Shown one piece after another: positions 27,001 to 37,238 of a stretch of DNA of 64,000 bases (positions are counted from its first letter, which is position 1; each line of letters opens with the position of its first letter). This stretch comes from Bugula neritina (taxonomy: Eukaryota > Animalia > Bryozoa): NCBI GenBank assembly GCA_964035545.1, contig OZ037771.1, forward strand, positions 4,227,628 to 4,291,627, written 5' to 3'. The notes beneath the pieces were generated by a model, which saw nothing but the letters and a program-made list of their open reading frames with translations, had not been told where the DNA came from and made no database searches. Both the position numbers and the translations under genes were made by a program.

Positions 27001-27541
27001 GCTACCCCAACCAACCATAATTGTTAGAGAAGGCATCCTGAGGTGCCCTCAGAGTGGGACTTTTCCCGAACTCAGTAAATGCAGGCAGGTGACTGCTCAT
27101 TGGCTGGACACTCGAATCAGTGAAGGCGGACAACTGTATAGTTTCAGATCCAAGTGCAAAATGGTTCAGGGTTTGGGGAGAGGAGAGCAGCGAAGTTAAT
27201 CCAGCTGAGCCTTTTTTGGAATTTTGCTACAAATAAAATACCGCCAGATTTTGGTTTATCAATCTATTTCGATTATTTATGGTGAATGCAAAAAGTTTGT
27301 GGTCATCTCACTGTAACAAAAGCACTTTTTGCATGATTTTACAGCCAACTCAATGTATAAATATTTACTAGTTAAACAGAGTCAACTACTTTATGTGCCA
27401 CGCAGCCATACTGTGCCTGGTGGTTAAATACAATACTTACTGATATCTCGGCTGATGTATACTTACAGTATGGCTGGTATCTACAGTTCTATCAAGTTGA
27501 AGGTCATCATGCACTACACTCCCTTTTCCTACACTATCCAT
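24090..27541 (-). CDS. Uncharacterised Ser/Pro-rich protein, about 417 aa, 8 coding exons
   Basis: Exons 27541-27467, 27226-27016, 26572-26503, 26337-26215, 25723-25601, 25292-25090, 24862-24605, 24280-24090; all GT-AG and phase-compatible (1254 nt). Probable 5'UTR exon ending at about 27822 (AAG|GTGAGT). No domain recognised. Confidence 0.75.
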
Positions 27542-28009
27542 CCTTTTAGCTATAATAGTATACATATCCATGTATACATATACATACGTACACATGTATA
27601 TCACTATTTGCATACATTCGTATAGATATACATGTATACATATGTATATGTATATATATGTATACTGATAGTAATACATCTACATATAAATATGCATGCA
27701 ACAAGCTGCAGAAATCGGCTTAAGCAGGTCAACCTTACATTTACACACAAGAACTATGCAGTGTTATTTAAATGAAAAGTTATAAAAAGATGTGTTTGTT
27801 ATAATCTAATTCACTACTCACCTTTTTAGATACTGTTGATTTCTCAGATGCAATTTTAAGTAAGTTCAAATTATCTTTAAGCTAATCGTTAAGTTATTGT
27901 TGAATTGTTGAGCTTTTGGAATGTCATTATTGTCAAAAAACCAATTGTTGTACCTACTGGGCATTTATTGCGATTAAACATTTTAAATTCATTAAACTTT
28001 ATACAGTAT

Positions 28010-30013
28010 TTACTTATTGTTATTGTTGTTGTCATCTTTGATTTCTGAAATATCCTGCATTTCAGATTCATTTTCTAATTTACTTGAAGGTATTTCCTGT
28101 TTGCAATCAGCATCAGGAGAGTCAACAGAAGGAACGCTGCCGATTCGAGAAGAAGTCAACTTGTGCCGCAACCGTGAGTCTAACACTGGCATCGACACGT
28201 CTGGATTTTCTGCTGCGGACTTTGCTAAATATCTGAGAGCATCAATGAAGCCTTGTTCATAGTACCTACAACATAAAGTGTCTCAAGATACTGCATAATA
28301 TTCTACTAGTTTTCCATGGATCTATTTCAATCTGACAGCAGCTAGTTTAGTTGAGGAGTTATCTTTACTAGTGATATGTTTTGTGAGTTGCCCTCTCTTA
28401 TGTGTCCATTATACGTTAGAAAACATGGCTACAAATATTTAGGGAGCCAGTCTATTAGCTGCTAAGGCTAAGGTTTTACAACAAAAAGGACTTTATACAG
28501 CATAAACTACAATACTTTTGCTAGACATTTTCTCTTCCTTCAACAAGTTATTGTAATTTAGTGAATATTTACCTTTGTGCATTAAGTATAATAATAATAC
28601 ACCATCTTTGCTGGTAGATAATTTGGATTATTTTATAGAAGTACTGAAAGCACAAGCTGCACTCTATAAATCTTATTATTAAAATATTTCTTTTTATTTA
28701 GTTAGTGAGACAGTGTAAGTTTTCGTAGACATCCTAATTTTTTCACCTCTTTGGTATAAAAGCGATTAAGACCAACCAAGTTCAAACTTTTGCGATATTT
28801 CGGTGTTTCCTGTTGCAAACTAGCTGCAATCAGATTGAACAAAAAATTAACGTGTTGATTATCGCGACAGTATTGGTAAAAGGCAGGAAACACTTAAACC
28901 TACTTGTTGAGAGTTTTGAAAGATGGCGGGAAAAGTGCATTAACTGCACGAGAAATATTTCGATAATTGACGCAGAAGAGCTGATTATTGAGGGTGATAT
29001 TCCATCGCCTGATTGGATCGTTTGGACAGACGTACGATAAACCACCGCTAAAAGGTGTGATGGAGAGAGTTGTGTCCCCCTCATCAAAGTCTATGAGATT
29101 GTTAGTGAATCCTCCATCATAGTACTTCTACAACCAATACGGATAATTTAAATAATTAGTGAAAAAACACAACATGGATGCTTTAAAATACGATATAGAA
29201 AGAGACAGAATGCAACATACGTAGACATAAATACAACATACAAACTACAGAAGTAAATGTTTTAAAAAATTACGAAAAAATTAGCAATTGCTTTGTGATG
29301 TGCAATGCGTTAATTATATTATAACAAGACTGAATAGAATGCTGGCATACCTCTCCACGGAAAACAGGAAGGTTCTTACCGGAGTACAACGGTATATGAC
29401 AACTGCTCACCAGACACTGTAAAATACAAATCAAATACTCGCAGACTGAGTTGGTAAACATATGCATGTATGAAACACCAGTCGAGGGTTGAAGCAACTA
29501 AAGTTCAGTAAAAGTTAAAATTAATTTTCAAAATCAACTAGGAAAATAAAGCAAAATAATTTAAAAAAATTCATAGCAAGTTTTAAACCAAACCTGAATA
29601 AGATCTTCTCGAGAACTAAAACTGGATATAACGAAATTTTTCCCACATTTCTTTCGAGTAACTGATATATACACTCTACCATTGGCTGCTAGATGAGCGT
29701 CAGTTGGAAGCACCATGTCTACCATTTGCTCTACTTTTTGAGAGAGATTAAACTGGGGGTTTAAAGCACCCATTTTTAGTTTTCTAGTTGATTCAGCCAA
29801 GTCATAAGTCAACTTCTTACACTGCAGAACTTTCTCTGGACAGACAGCCATCACCACTGCTGCCAGACTGCCTGCGCTAGCTCCCCCATACTTCTTTACG
29901 TTACTAAGAATATGTTTGCCGTGTGTTTGAAAGCATCTGGCAGCTCCGATATGGTACACCCCAAGAAAACCACAACCCGAAAAAGACAGCGCTGTTGGTG
30001 ATTTCACTGACAT
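28010..30013 (-). CDS. PNPLA4: Patatin-like phospholipase/lipase, PNPLA4-like (PNPLA2/4 group), about 321 aa, 4 coding exons
   Basis: Exons 30013-29594, 29416-29351, 29127-28904, 28265-28010. GCGFLG oxyanion loop, GASAG catalytic Ser, DGG catalytic Asp, FSSREDLI, ITPFSG, ALFPPS. Confidence 0.88.
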
Positions 30014-30115
30014 CGGGATTGATCAAACAAGGAGAAAAGTTCATACAAAATACCTAAAATAAAATTATGTAGAAATTATTGCCAGCAATTGGAGTTTCAT
30101 TCCCTTGCTTTTAAG

Positions 30116-30136
30116 GTGTGTGTGTGTGTGTGTGTG
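30116..30136. repeat. (GT)n microsatellite
   Basis: About 10 GT units seen directly. Confidence 0.9.
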
Positions 30137-30998
30137 AGCAAAATGAGATTAAGTGATGTCAGATTTATTTAATAAAAAACAACTAACAGCTCGATAAAAA
30201 ATCAATCACACAAAAACAGTCAACGATAAACAGTAACAACAAATCAGGAAAAATGGTGATAACACATTGATTACTACAATTACTATGAGTAAGACTACCA
30301 TATTAAAATTGATTACACCAAAACTGTAAAAGCAATACATTAGTTAACATTATGATAATAAGAGTTAATGATATTCACTATAATGAGTTAAATCAACTAA
30401 CCTGCATAAGCTAATTTAGATTAGGAACTATTAAATACGAACAGTTACAGAGCCAGCTGTGAAATGCCACAAGAGATTAACAATGACAAATTATTAGTTG
30501 CTTAGCATTATGATACCTGTTACACTTATTCAATTATACCAATAGTAATACTAATTGCCAGTTGGATAATCATTACAAGTACACTAGTCACTTGTACTTG
30601 TTTATGTGGTAACACTAGTTTACAAGAGAAATAGCTTCCTTCCTACTTACTAACTAAAAACTATAACAGCATTCGTATGAGTAAAGATATGAATAACATT
30701 AAGCACAATACAATTTCAATATAAACTCTAAAATTAAACTTAAACAATTTTAATTGTTTACACAACGGCAGTCGAAAATATTTATGACAAATAAGTATTA
30801 TTTCAAGACATACAGACGCAGTAAACAGACAATAATTTAAATTTGTAGTACTAAGAATTATAAAAATTTCCATAATTATCTTGGTTATTGTAGCAACAGT
30901 ATGAGTATGGAGCATCAGTATGACTATGACTCAGTATGAGTATGACTATCGTCATCGGGATGAAATGCAGATCTCTTGAGAACTATTAGTATTACTAT

Positions 30999-31303
30999 TG
31001 TTATAGTTTTCAGATTTAGGGTTGATGTGTCACCAAGAGAGTCTATTTAACACTAGAGAAACTTCACCAGTTAAGTCGAGTAGATATCGTTATATTTAAT
31101 ACAAGAATACATAATAAAAATCCAATGTACAACAGTAATGATACGCACGTCTATTTAGTTTACAGCACTATCCTCAACTGAGCTAGTAGCGCGAAGCGGC
31201 TACTATTACTTATCAAACAGCTTAGCTAATTGGCTAATACATTGTTCCGGGTCAATACGCAACCTTGCGTATTGTGTTGCTGGTAGCTCCACGAGCCACC
31301 ACA
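30999..31303 (-). repeat. 3' LTR (305 bp)
   Basis: Identical line by line to 38139-38443; preceded in element orientation by the PPT. Confidence 0.97.
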
Positions 31304-31306
31304 CTG

Positions 31307-31314
31307 CCCCCTCC
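31307..31314 (-). other. Polypurine tract (GGAGGGGG)
   Basis: Lies 3 nt before the TGT start of the 3' LTR. Confidence 0.8.
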
Positions 31315-31573
31315 AGCAGAAAGCCCACTTTCTGATAAAATAAGATTCACATAAAAAAAACGTATACTTCGTTGTGGGGGGTAAGAGAACAGTATAAAAG
31401 TATATACAAAAAAAAACAACAACTGGTAAAAAATATACAGGTATATATAACGTGCACTAAGTAATAAGCAAGAGAAGATCCTATCTACATGTAGAGTACG
31501 TGCCACCATTACGGTAGGGAATGCCACAGAGAGGTAGGGGAATGAGTAGTAGGGAGTTGTAGGTAGACTCGAG

Positions 31574-32647
31574 TTAACTGCGGGCCGCACGCTTCATGCG
31601 TTTAATAGACTCCTGTAAGTATTTGAGTTCACTGGATGCTGCCTGTACCCGTGGGGCCAGCCTGTACACTTCTTGCTCCAAGTCATGCGCCCTAGCTTCT
31701 ACCTCACGTAGGTTACGGGCCCAGGGGGACGAGCGAGAGGAAGTTGGCTGCCTGTGTCTTTTCCGCTCTGAGGATGGAAGGGGAGGAGGGAGTGTATACG
31801 CATTTGTGTCTACTCTCTGTAGTACGACACGAGGAAAGGTATGCGGCATGCGTATAGGACTGTGAGGTGGAGAGTTAGTAGACTGTGTAGGTTTATCTGC
31901 GGCTTTAGAGATGATGGGTCGCGGGGAAGGGAAGCCTTGCTCCAGGCGAGATAGCCGAGCTGAGTCAGTGATGAGTGGTTTGATGGCGTTGAGAAAGGCA
32001 GGATAGGATGATTCGTCTACTTCATAGACATGCCCTTGATAACACTGCATAGTACGTTGGTGCCGCAACAGGTAATCACGATTGTAGCTATATTCTCCGC
32101 AAGGGCAGAAAGTGGTGATGTAGTGTTGCGGCAAGTGTACTTTTAGTCTGCGGTGGGTCGTGAATCGCTGCTGGCAGAGGTTGCATTCACGATTACCCTC
32201 ACCTCCTTGATGGGTCCTGATCTCTCTCTCTGTGGCAGGGGTAATCCAGTTGGAGGTTGCTTCCAACTGGGGTGGCAGTTTCCTGGTGGTAGAAGTTGTT
32301 GGGGCCGGCTCTGAGTCCCACGCCATCTCTCGAGAAGGCATGCCCGGAGAGACGGGCGCGAGTGTGTCTACAAAAGTAGAATTAGTGTTAGATCGCGGTG
32401 GATCTTTACAACCTAATTCTAGTGACTGTCGACCGTTGCTAGCCTGAGAGTCACTGCTTTTGGAATGCACTCGAGGAACTGATGAATCATGTGTGGACTG
32501 ACCAAGAACAGTGTCTAGCTCCAGGTCTAACAGACCATCGGCCATTACAGTGTCTTCATCGTCATTCACATGAAACGTGGTTCCCAGTAATTCTGATTCA
32601 ATCTGCTGAATTAGTTCAGAATCTACTGGCATCGAGCCCGTTTCCAT
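31574..32647 (-). CDS. Retrotransposon ORF3, 357 aa: zinc-finger/PxVxL/coiled-coil protein in the env position (not Env-like)
   Basis: Intact ORF starting 17 nt after the pol stop. Canonical C2H2 finger CNLCQQRFTTHRRLKVHLPQH, second finger CPC-X12-H-X5-C, PRVVL, RKRHR, C-terminal heptad-like helix. No signal peptide or TM segment seen. Confidence 0.85.
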   Translation of the reverse strand: METGSMPVDSELIQQIESELLGTTFHVNDDEDTVMADGLLDLELDTVLGQSTHDSSVPRVHSKSSDSQASNGRQSLELGCKDPPRSNTNSTFVDTLAPVSPGMPSREMAWDSEPAPTTSTTRKLPPQLEATSNWITPATEREIRTHQGGEGNRECNLCQQRFTTHRRLKVHLPQHYITTFCPCGEYSYNRDYLLRHQRTMQCYQGHVYEVDESSYPAFLNAIKPLITDSARLSRLEQGFPSPRPIISKAADKPTQSTNSPPHSPIRMPHTFPRVVLQRVDTNAYTLPPPLPSSERKRHRQPTSSRSSPWARNLREVEARAHDLEQEVYRLAPRVQAASSELKYLQESIKRMKRAARS

Positions 32648-32664
32648 GAATAGGAATACAAGAC

Positions 32665-35600
32665 TTATACTGGCTTACCTGGGAACTCGGTATTAATGTC
32701 CATACTCAACGTTCTTGGTAAGGTTGGAGCTGGTTGTGAGATACGTCTGCCTTTGGCGATGTCAGCATAAGAAAAGGCTGAGCATCGTTTCTGAGGCACG
32801 AGGTCGGAACTATTTGCTTTACGCGCATTAATTCCTCCCACTATTCTGCCCTCGCAAAAGTTGATATTTGCGTGGGGTTCACAACTCCAACATTTTATCG
32901 TACGGTTTTCCCCTAGACTTTCATGTGCGCCGCTTCTAATGCAGTCACATATGAAGTCTTTCAAATACGGTGGGGGCTTCCTCGTACGCTGTCCCCTCTC
33001 TAGGGGGGGTGACACACTTGCCGGTTCGTTAGTAGGGGCCTCTAATGGCGTCTCTACTTCACCGTTAGTGGTCACCTCTTCTTGTTCTCCGGATGGAGCC
33101 CCTCCCTCCGTGGGGGTTTGCACTTCCGGAACCGGCTCGGTTTCTGGAAGTGATGGAATTAGACTTGGCGGTGGCGGACACGCTTCTGTTGACAAAAGCT
33201 GCCGCTCCTCTCTCACCAAGTTTTCCTCCCGCGGTATGACCACTTCGTATTCAGGTCCATGCCGCCGTCGCCCGCGCGTCGTTGTCTGCCTCCTGGGCTC
33301 TAACAACGGGGGGGCTTCTCCCACTCCGTCAGGGCTAGCCCAATACGGTTTCAAGCGAGACTCATTCTGGATAGACACCTGTCCTGAGCGCTCAATCTTG
33401 TACGTATGATTGGGCATAGCCTCGACGACCACGTAGGGGCCTACGAACTTAGGCTTCAGCTTATCAGCCTGTCCGCGGCGCCTACGGTAATTGACCATCC
33501 ACACCTTATCTCCTCTTTGATAGAGGGGTGGTTCATCGGAATCTTCGTGCCGCACCTTCCACTGTTGTTGACGCAGTATCTCGTGTGCGGCCTTCATCCG
33601 TTCCACTAGTTCACTGGCATACTCATGGACTGAGTTATCCTGCTCTGGAACGTGATAGGTGAGATGGTCAGGGACACGAGTCTCTCTCCCGAGCATCAAG
33701 AGGTTTGGGGTCTCACCAGTACTGGTGTGTGGGGTGCTACGGTATGCACGCATGACTTGCGGCAACACCGTATCCCATTCCTCTTGACCTCGTCCAAGGA
33801 GGAGACTCCGGAGCGCATCACCTAGCATCCGGTTGTTGCGCTCCACCACCCCGTTACCTTGAGGGTGGTAGGGGGTGGTCCTGCTCTGATTTACTCCCCA
33901 GAGGTGGCAAAGGTCGCTCATCAGTTGAGACTGGAATTGAGCGCCTTGATCAGAGTGTATCTGTTCGGGAAGCCCAAAATAACAGAATACATGTTGGTCT
34001 AGTGCCCTGGCCACTGTTGGGGCTGATGCATCTGGGATAGCCAGAGCATCCGCCCACCTAGTAAAGTGGTCGGTTAGTACTAGGATCCAATTATTGCCTC
34101 TGGGGGTCAGGGGCATGGGTCCGACCAGGTCTACAGCGACCACTTGCCAGGGCCTACCAGCATATAGCCTCCGCCGTCCTGCTTCACCAGGGGGGCGGCT
34201 ATGCTTACTGGCCTGGCAGATCTCACACTGTTTGACTCTGAGCCGGACGTCACGCTCCATCTGCGGCCAATACCACCGGAGTCGTAATTTGGATATCACT
34301 CGCTTGACCCCTGCGTGAGCCTGCTTGTGAGTATCCCAAATCAACTCACGGCGGATGGCTGTGGGGCAGACTACCCTCTTCCTTTCCGGGTGTCTGCCGC
34401 TGGCAGCTAGAGAGATGGTTAGCAACCCATCCTGCCCGATCCGCAGCGAGTCCCAACGCTGACAGTATAGCCGGAACTCGGCGCATCCCTGTCGTATGCG
34501 TTCCTCGCTGGGTCGTCGCCCTTCCCTTTTGGCCCGGTAGATGTCTGCCACGACTCCCGGCAGCTCTTCTTGGAGCTTCTTCAGCTCTCGAACATTACCG
34601 GCCAGTACAGGGTTGGCGCGGAGGTTTTGTACATCCTCCGGGGACTCATCAACTCTTTGCCTGAGTTGACCTTGATCCCAGTCAAACGGTGCTCCGTGAT
34701 GAGCCAGCGTCTCCAACTCGCATCGTGGGGGACCTCCATCCCTCCTCTCGATGTTGAGACACTGTTTGCAACCTCCGTCAGGTCGGCGACTCAACCCATC
34801 TGCATTGCTGTGTCTCTTGCCCGGCCGGTGTTCGATCCGGTACGAGAATTCAGCTAGGATTTCGAGCCACCGGGCGACCTGACTGGAGGGCTCTGCTCTC
34901 CTGCACAACCAGATCAGCGAGGCATGATCCGTACGCAGCCGGAACTTCCTGCCATATAGGTATGGTCTGAAGTGCTTCACTGACTTGATTACTGCCAGCA
35001 GCTCCTTGCGGGTAGTGCAGTAATTTCGTTCAGCGGGAGAGAGAGACTTGCTGTAGTAGGCTACTACTACTTCTCGGCCTTCCTGCACTTGCGACAGCAC
35101 AGCGCCAACATTCTGGTCACTGGCGTCTGTGTCTAGGATGTACTCCAGAGTGGGGTCTGGGTAGGCCAAGATGGGCGCCGTTAGGAGGCAGCCCTTGAGG
35201 CGGTCGAACGCTTCTTGTTCGACTGGAGTCCACTGCCACGTCACTCTCTTTGCGGTAAGCCGGTTTAACGGCTGGGCTATGCCCGCAAAGTCTGGTATGT
35301 ATTGCCTGTAATACCCTACCAGCCCCAAGAAAGCCCGGAGTCCGGTCAAGTCTTGGGGGGTGACCCAGTCTTCTACTGCCCTAACCTTTTCGGGATCCGT
35401 TGCCACGCCGTTTCGACCGACAACGTGCCCCAGGTACTTGACCTCCGGCTGCAATAGAGCGCACTTGGAAGGTTTGAGCTTAAGACCGGCACCTCGGAGT
35501 CTCTCGAAAACCTCCTGCAGACGACTGACATGTGTCTCGAAGTCTGGAGAGATTACGATGACATCATCGAGGTAGACCAGCAGTGTCTTCCAATGGAGCC

Positions 35601-37065
35601 CGCTAAGGACTTGTTCCATCAGCCTCTGGAAGGTGGCTGGGGCGGAGGTTAACCCGAAGGGCAGCACCTTCCACTTCCACAAACCGTCCCGTGTGATAAA
35701 CGCCGCTTTCTCCTGGGCGTCGGGACTCAGAGGAACCTGCCAATAGCCGCTTAGCAAGTCTAACGTACTGAAGTACTTGCTGCCGGCTAGGGCGTCCAAT
35801 GACTCGTCAATACGAGGTAGAGGGTAGGCGTCCTGTATGGTTACGCTATTGAGTTTGCGGTAGTCCACACAGAACCGCCAACTGCCGTCTTTCTTCCGGA
35901 CCAGTACGACTGGCGAGCTCCACGCACTATGGGCGGGCTCTATCAGTCCCCGGTCCAGAAGATCCCGTACTTGTCGGCTAACCTCCTTCTCTTTCTCCGG
36001 CCCCAGCCTGCGCGTGGGCTGCCGGACAGGGACTGTCCCTGCAGTCAGCGGTATTTCGTGTCTGACAATTCCAGTCAGTCCCACGTCATTCTCCCCGCTG
36101 CTGAACACATCACCGTAGTCGCGTAGTAACTTGGCCATAGCTTGGCGTTCTCTGTTACTCGCGCAGCCGCCACTGGCTGTTTCGTATAACTCCCGGAGAT
36201 GTGTCGGGACTGCCCCTCGTCCCTGAATAGGGTGTCGAGGGGGTGCCTCCGTCGCGTCACCCAGCGACGGGCCCACGTCCTCTTCCTGGACGGAATGGAA
36301 CCGGCCCAGCATTGACCCAGCTGGGAGCTCAATGGGCTCGGTAAAGGGGTTGACGCACTGCACTAAGACCTCCCCTCGCTCAGTTAGTCGGTTTAAACTA
36401 CTGGCGAGTTGGATCTTTTCGTGCGCGCTTTCAACGACCCCGAGCCTGGCTATCCGGTTGCTGTTCACTCGGCAGTGGATAGTAGCTCTGGAGCGTCCGG
36501 GTACGGTGCAGTTCCGAACTACCTGAACACCGCCCACCAGAGGACGCCCAAACTTATCCACACAGGCGAGTTCTCGCCCGCCCATCAGCACCACCGACTT
36601 ACTAAAATCTATTCGGCACTGGTGTTGTTTCAAGAAGGGCATGCCGAGGATAGCATCTTCCTCCAGTTGACCTATGATAAAGGTCTCCTGTACAGCCTGA
36701 TCTCGGACACGCCCAGGGAGCTCGATAATACCATAAAAGGGGATACATGACCCGTCTGCCAGGGTGCCATGTTCTCCAGTATACGGTCGTACTCTATCCC
36801 TGTCCCGGCGGGGCAGTGCCTCAAAGACTCTACGGCTAAGAAGGTTGGTAGTACAACCGGAGTCGAGCAGGAAAGTGACGGCGTTGCCGGCCACCTTTCC
36901 GGGTAGGAAATAGCTCTCTCCATGTGGTTGTACTTTCACCCCCCCCGCGTGTGCTGTCCTGGTTTGACAGGACGGCGGGGGTTCCACCCGTGGTTTACGG
37001 GGCTTCCGGCGGCGAGGTTGGTGCCGGCGGGGTTTGGGCCTCTCCACTGGGCCTTCTGGCTCCAT
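32665..37065 (-). CDS. pol: Pol polyprotein (aspartic protease, RT, RNase H, integrase); frame open upstream to 37338, probably reached by -1 frameshift from gag
   Basis: LLDSGC (PR), YLDDV (RT), DTDAS/ELLA/TDH/NADGLSR (RH), H..H..C..C plus D,D,E (VDLVGP, SDQG, VERNN) and GPY (INT). No internal stops. Confidence 0.97.
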   Translation of the reverse strand: MEPEGPVERPKPRRHQPRRRKPRKPRVEPPPSCQTRTAHAGGVKVQPHGESYFLPGKVAGNAVTFLLDSGCTTNLLSRRVFEALPRRDRDRVRPYTGEHGTLADGSCIPFYGIIELPGRVRDQAVQETFIIGQLEEDAILGMPFLKQHQCRIDFSKSVVLMGGRELACVDKFGRPLVGGVQVVRNCTVPGRSRATIHCRVNSNRIARLGVVESAHEKIQLASSLNRLTERGEVLVQCVNPFTEPIELPAGSMLGRFHSVQEEDVGPSLGDATEAPPRHPIQGRGAVPTHLRELYETASGGCASNRERQAMAKLLRDYGDVFSSGENDVGLTGIVRHEIPLTAGTVPVRQPTRRLGPEKEKEVSRQVRDLLDRGLIEPAHSAWSSPVVLVRKKDGSWRFCVDYRKLNSVTIQDAYPLPRIDESLDALAGSKYFSTLDLLSGYWQVPLSPDAQEKAAFITRDGLWKWKVLPFGLTSAPATFQRLMEQVLSGLHWKTLLVYLDDVIVISPDFETHVSRLQEVFERLRGAGLKLKPSKCALLQPEVKYLGHVVGRNGVATDPEKVRAVEDWVTPQDLTGLRAFLGLVGYYRQYIPDFAGIAQPLNRLTAKRVTWQWTPVEQEAFDRLKGCLLTAPILAYPDPTLEYILDTDASDQNVGAVLSQVQEGREVVVAYYSKSLSPAERNYCTTRKELLAVIKSVKHFRPYLYGRKFRLRTDHASLIWLCRRAEPSSQVARWLEILAEFSYRIEHRPGKRHSNADGLSRRPDGGCKQCLNIERRDGGPPRCELETLAHHGAPFDWDQGQLRQRVDESPEDVQNLRANPVLAGNVRELKKLQEELPGVVADIYRAKREGRRPSEERIRQGCAEFRLYCQRWDSLRIGQDGLLTISLAASGRHPERKRVVCPTAIRRELIWDTHKQAHAGVKRVISKLRLRWYWPQMERDVRLRVKQCEICQASKHSRPPGEAGRRRLYAGRPWQVVAVDLVGPMPLTPRGNNWILVLTDHFTRWADALAIPDASAPTVARALDQHVFCYFGLPEQIHSDQGAQFQSQLMSDLCHLWGVNQSRTTPYHPQGNGVVERNNRMLGDALRSLLLGRGQEEWDTVLPQVMRAYRSTPHTSTGETPNLLMLGRETRVPDHLTYHVPEQDNSVHEYASELVERMKAAHEILRQQQWKVRHEDSDEPPLYQRGDKVWMVNYRRRRGQADKLKPKFVGPYVVVEAMPNHTYKIERSGQVSIQNESRLKPYWASPDGVGEAPPLLEPRRQTTTRGRRRHGPEYEVVIPREENLVREERQLLSTEACPPPPSLIPSLPETEPVPEVQTPTEGGAPSGEQEEVTTNGEVETPLEAPTNEPASVSPPLERGQRTRKPPPYLKDFICDCIRSGAHESLGENRTIKCWSCEPHANINFCEGRIVGGINARKANSSDLVPQKRCSAFSYADIAKGRRISQPAPTLPRTLSMDINTEFPGKPV

Positions 37066-37238
37066 TTCAGTGGCGGGCTCCTCCTCCCGAGGTAACCGGT
37101 GAAACCGGTTAGCGAGTGGCAGGGAAAAGGTACTGGGCCGTTGTGCGGGCCTACTAGTCCTGCGTGGTACCTGCCACTCGGGTAGAATGTTCCGCCGGGT
37201 CCGTACGGACAGACGACGGCGTGTTCCACCATACTCCT

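Noticed and set aside
31252-31590. 112-aa hydrophobic ORF after ORF3 as a possible Env/TM protein
   Set aside because: GTG start, runs into the LTR, and its hydrophobicity follows from the T-rich 3' untranslated sequence.
36936-37232. 98-aa ORF in the gag frame after the gag stop (read-through product?)
   Set aside because: It overlaps the open pol frame, and the -1 frameshift signal explains pol expression without it.
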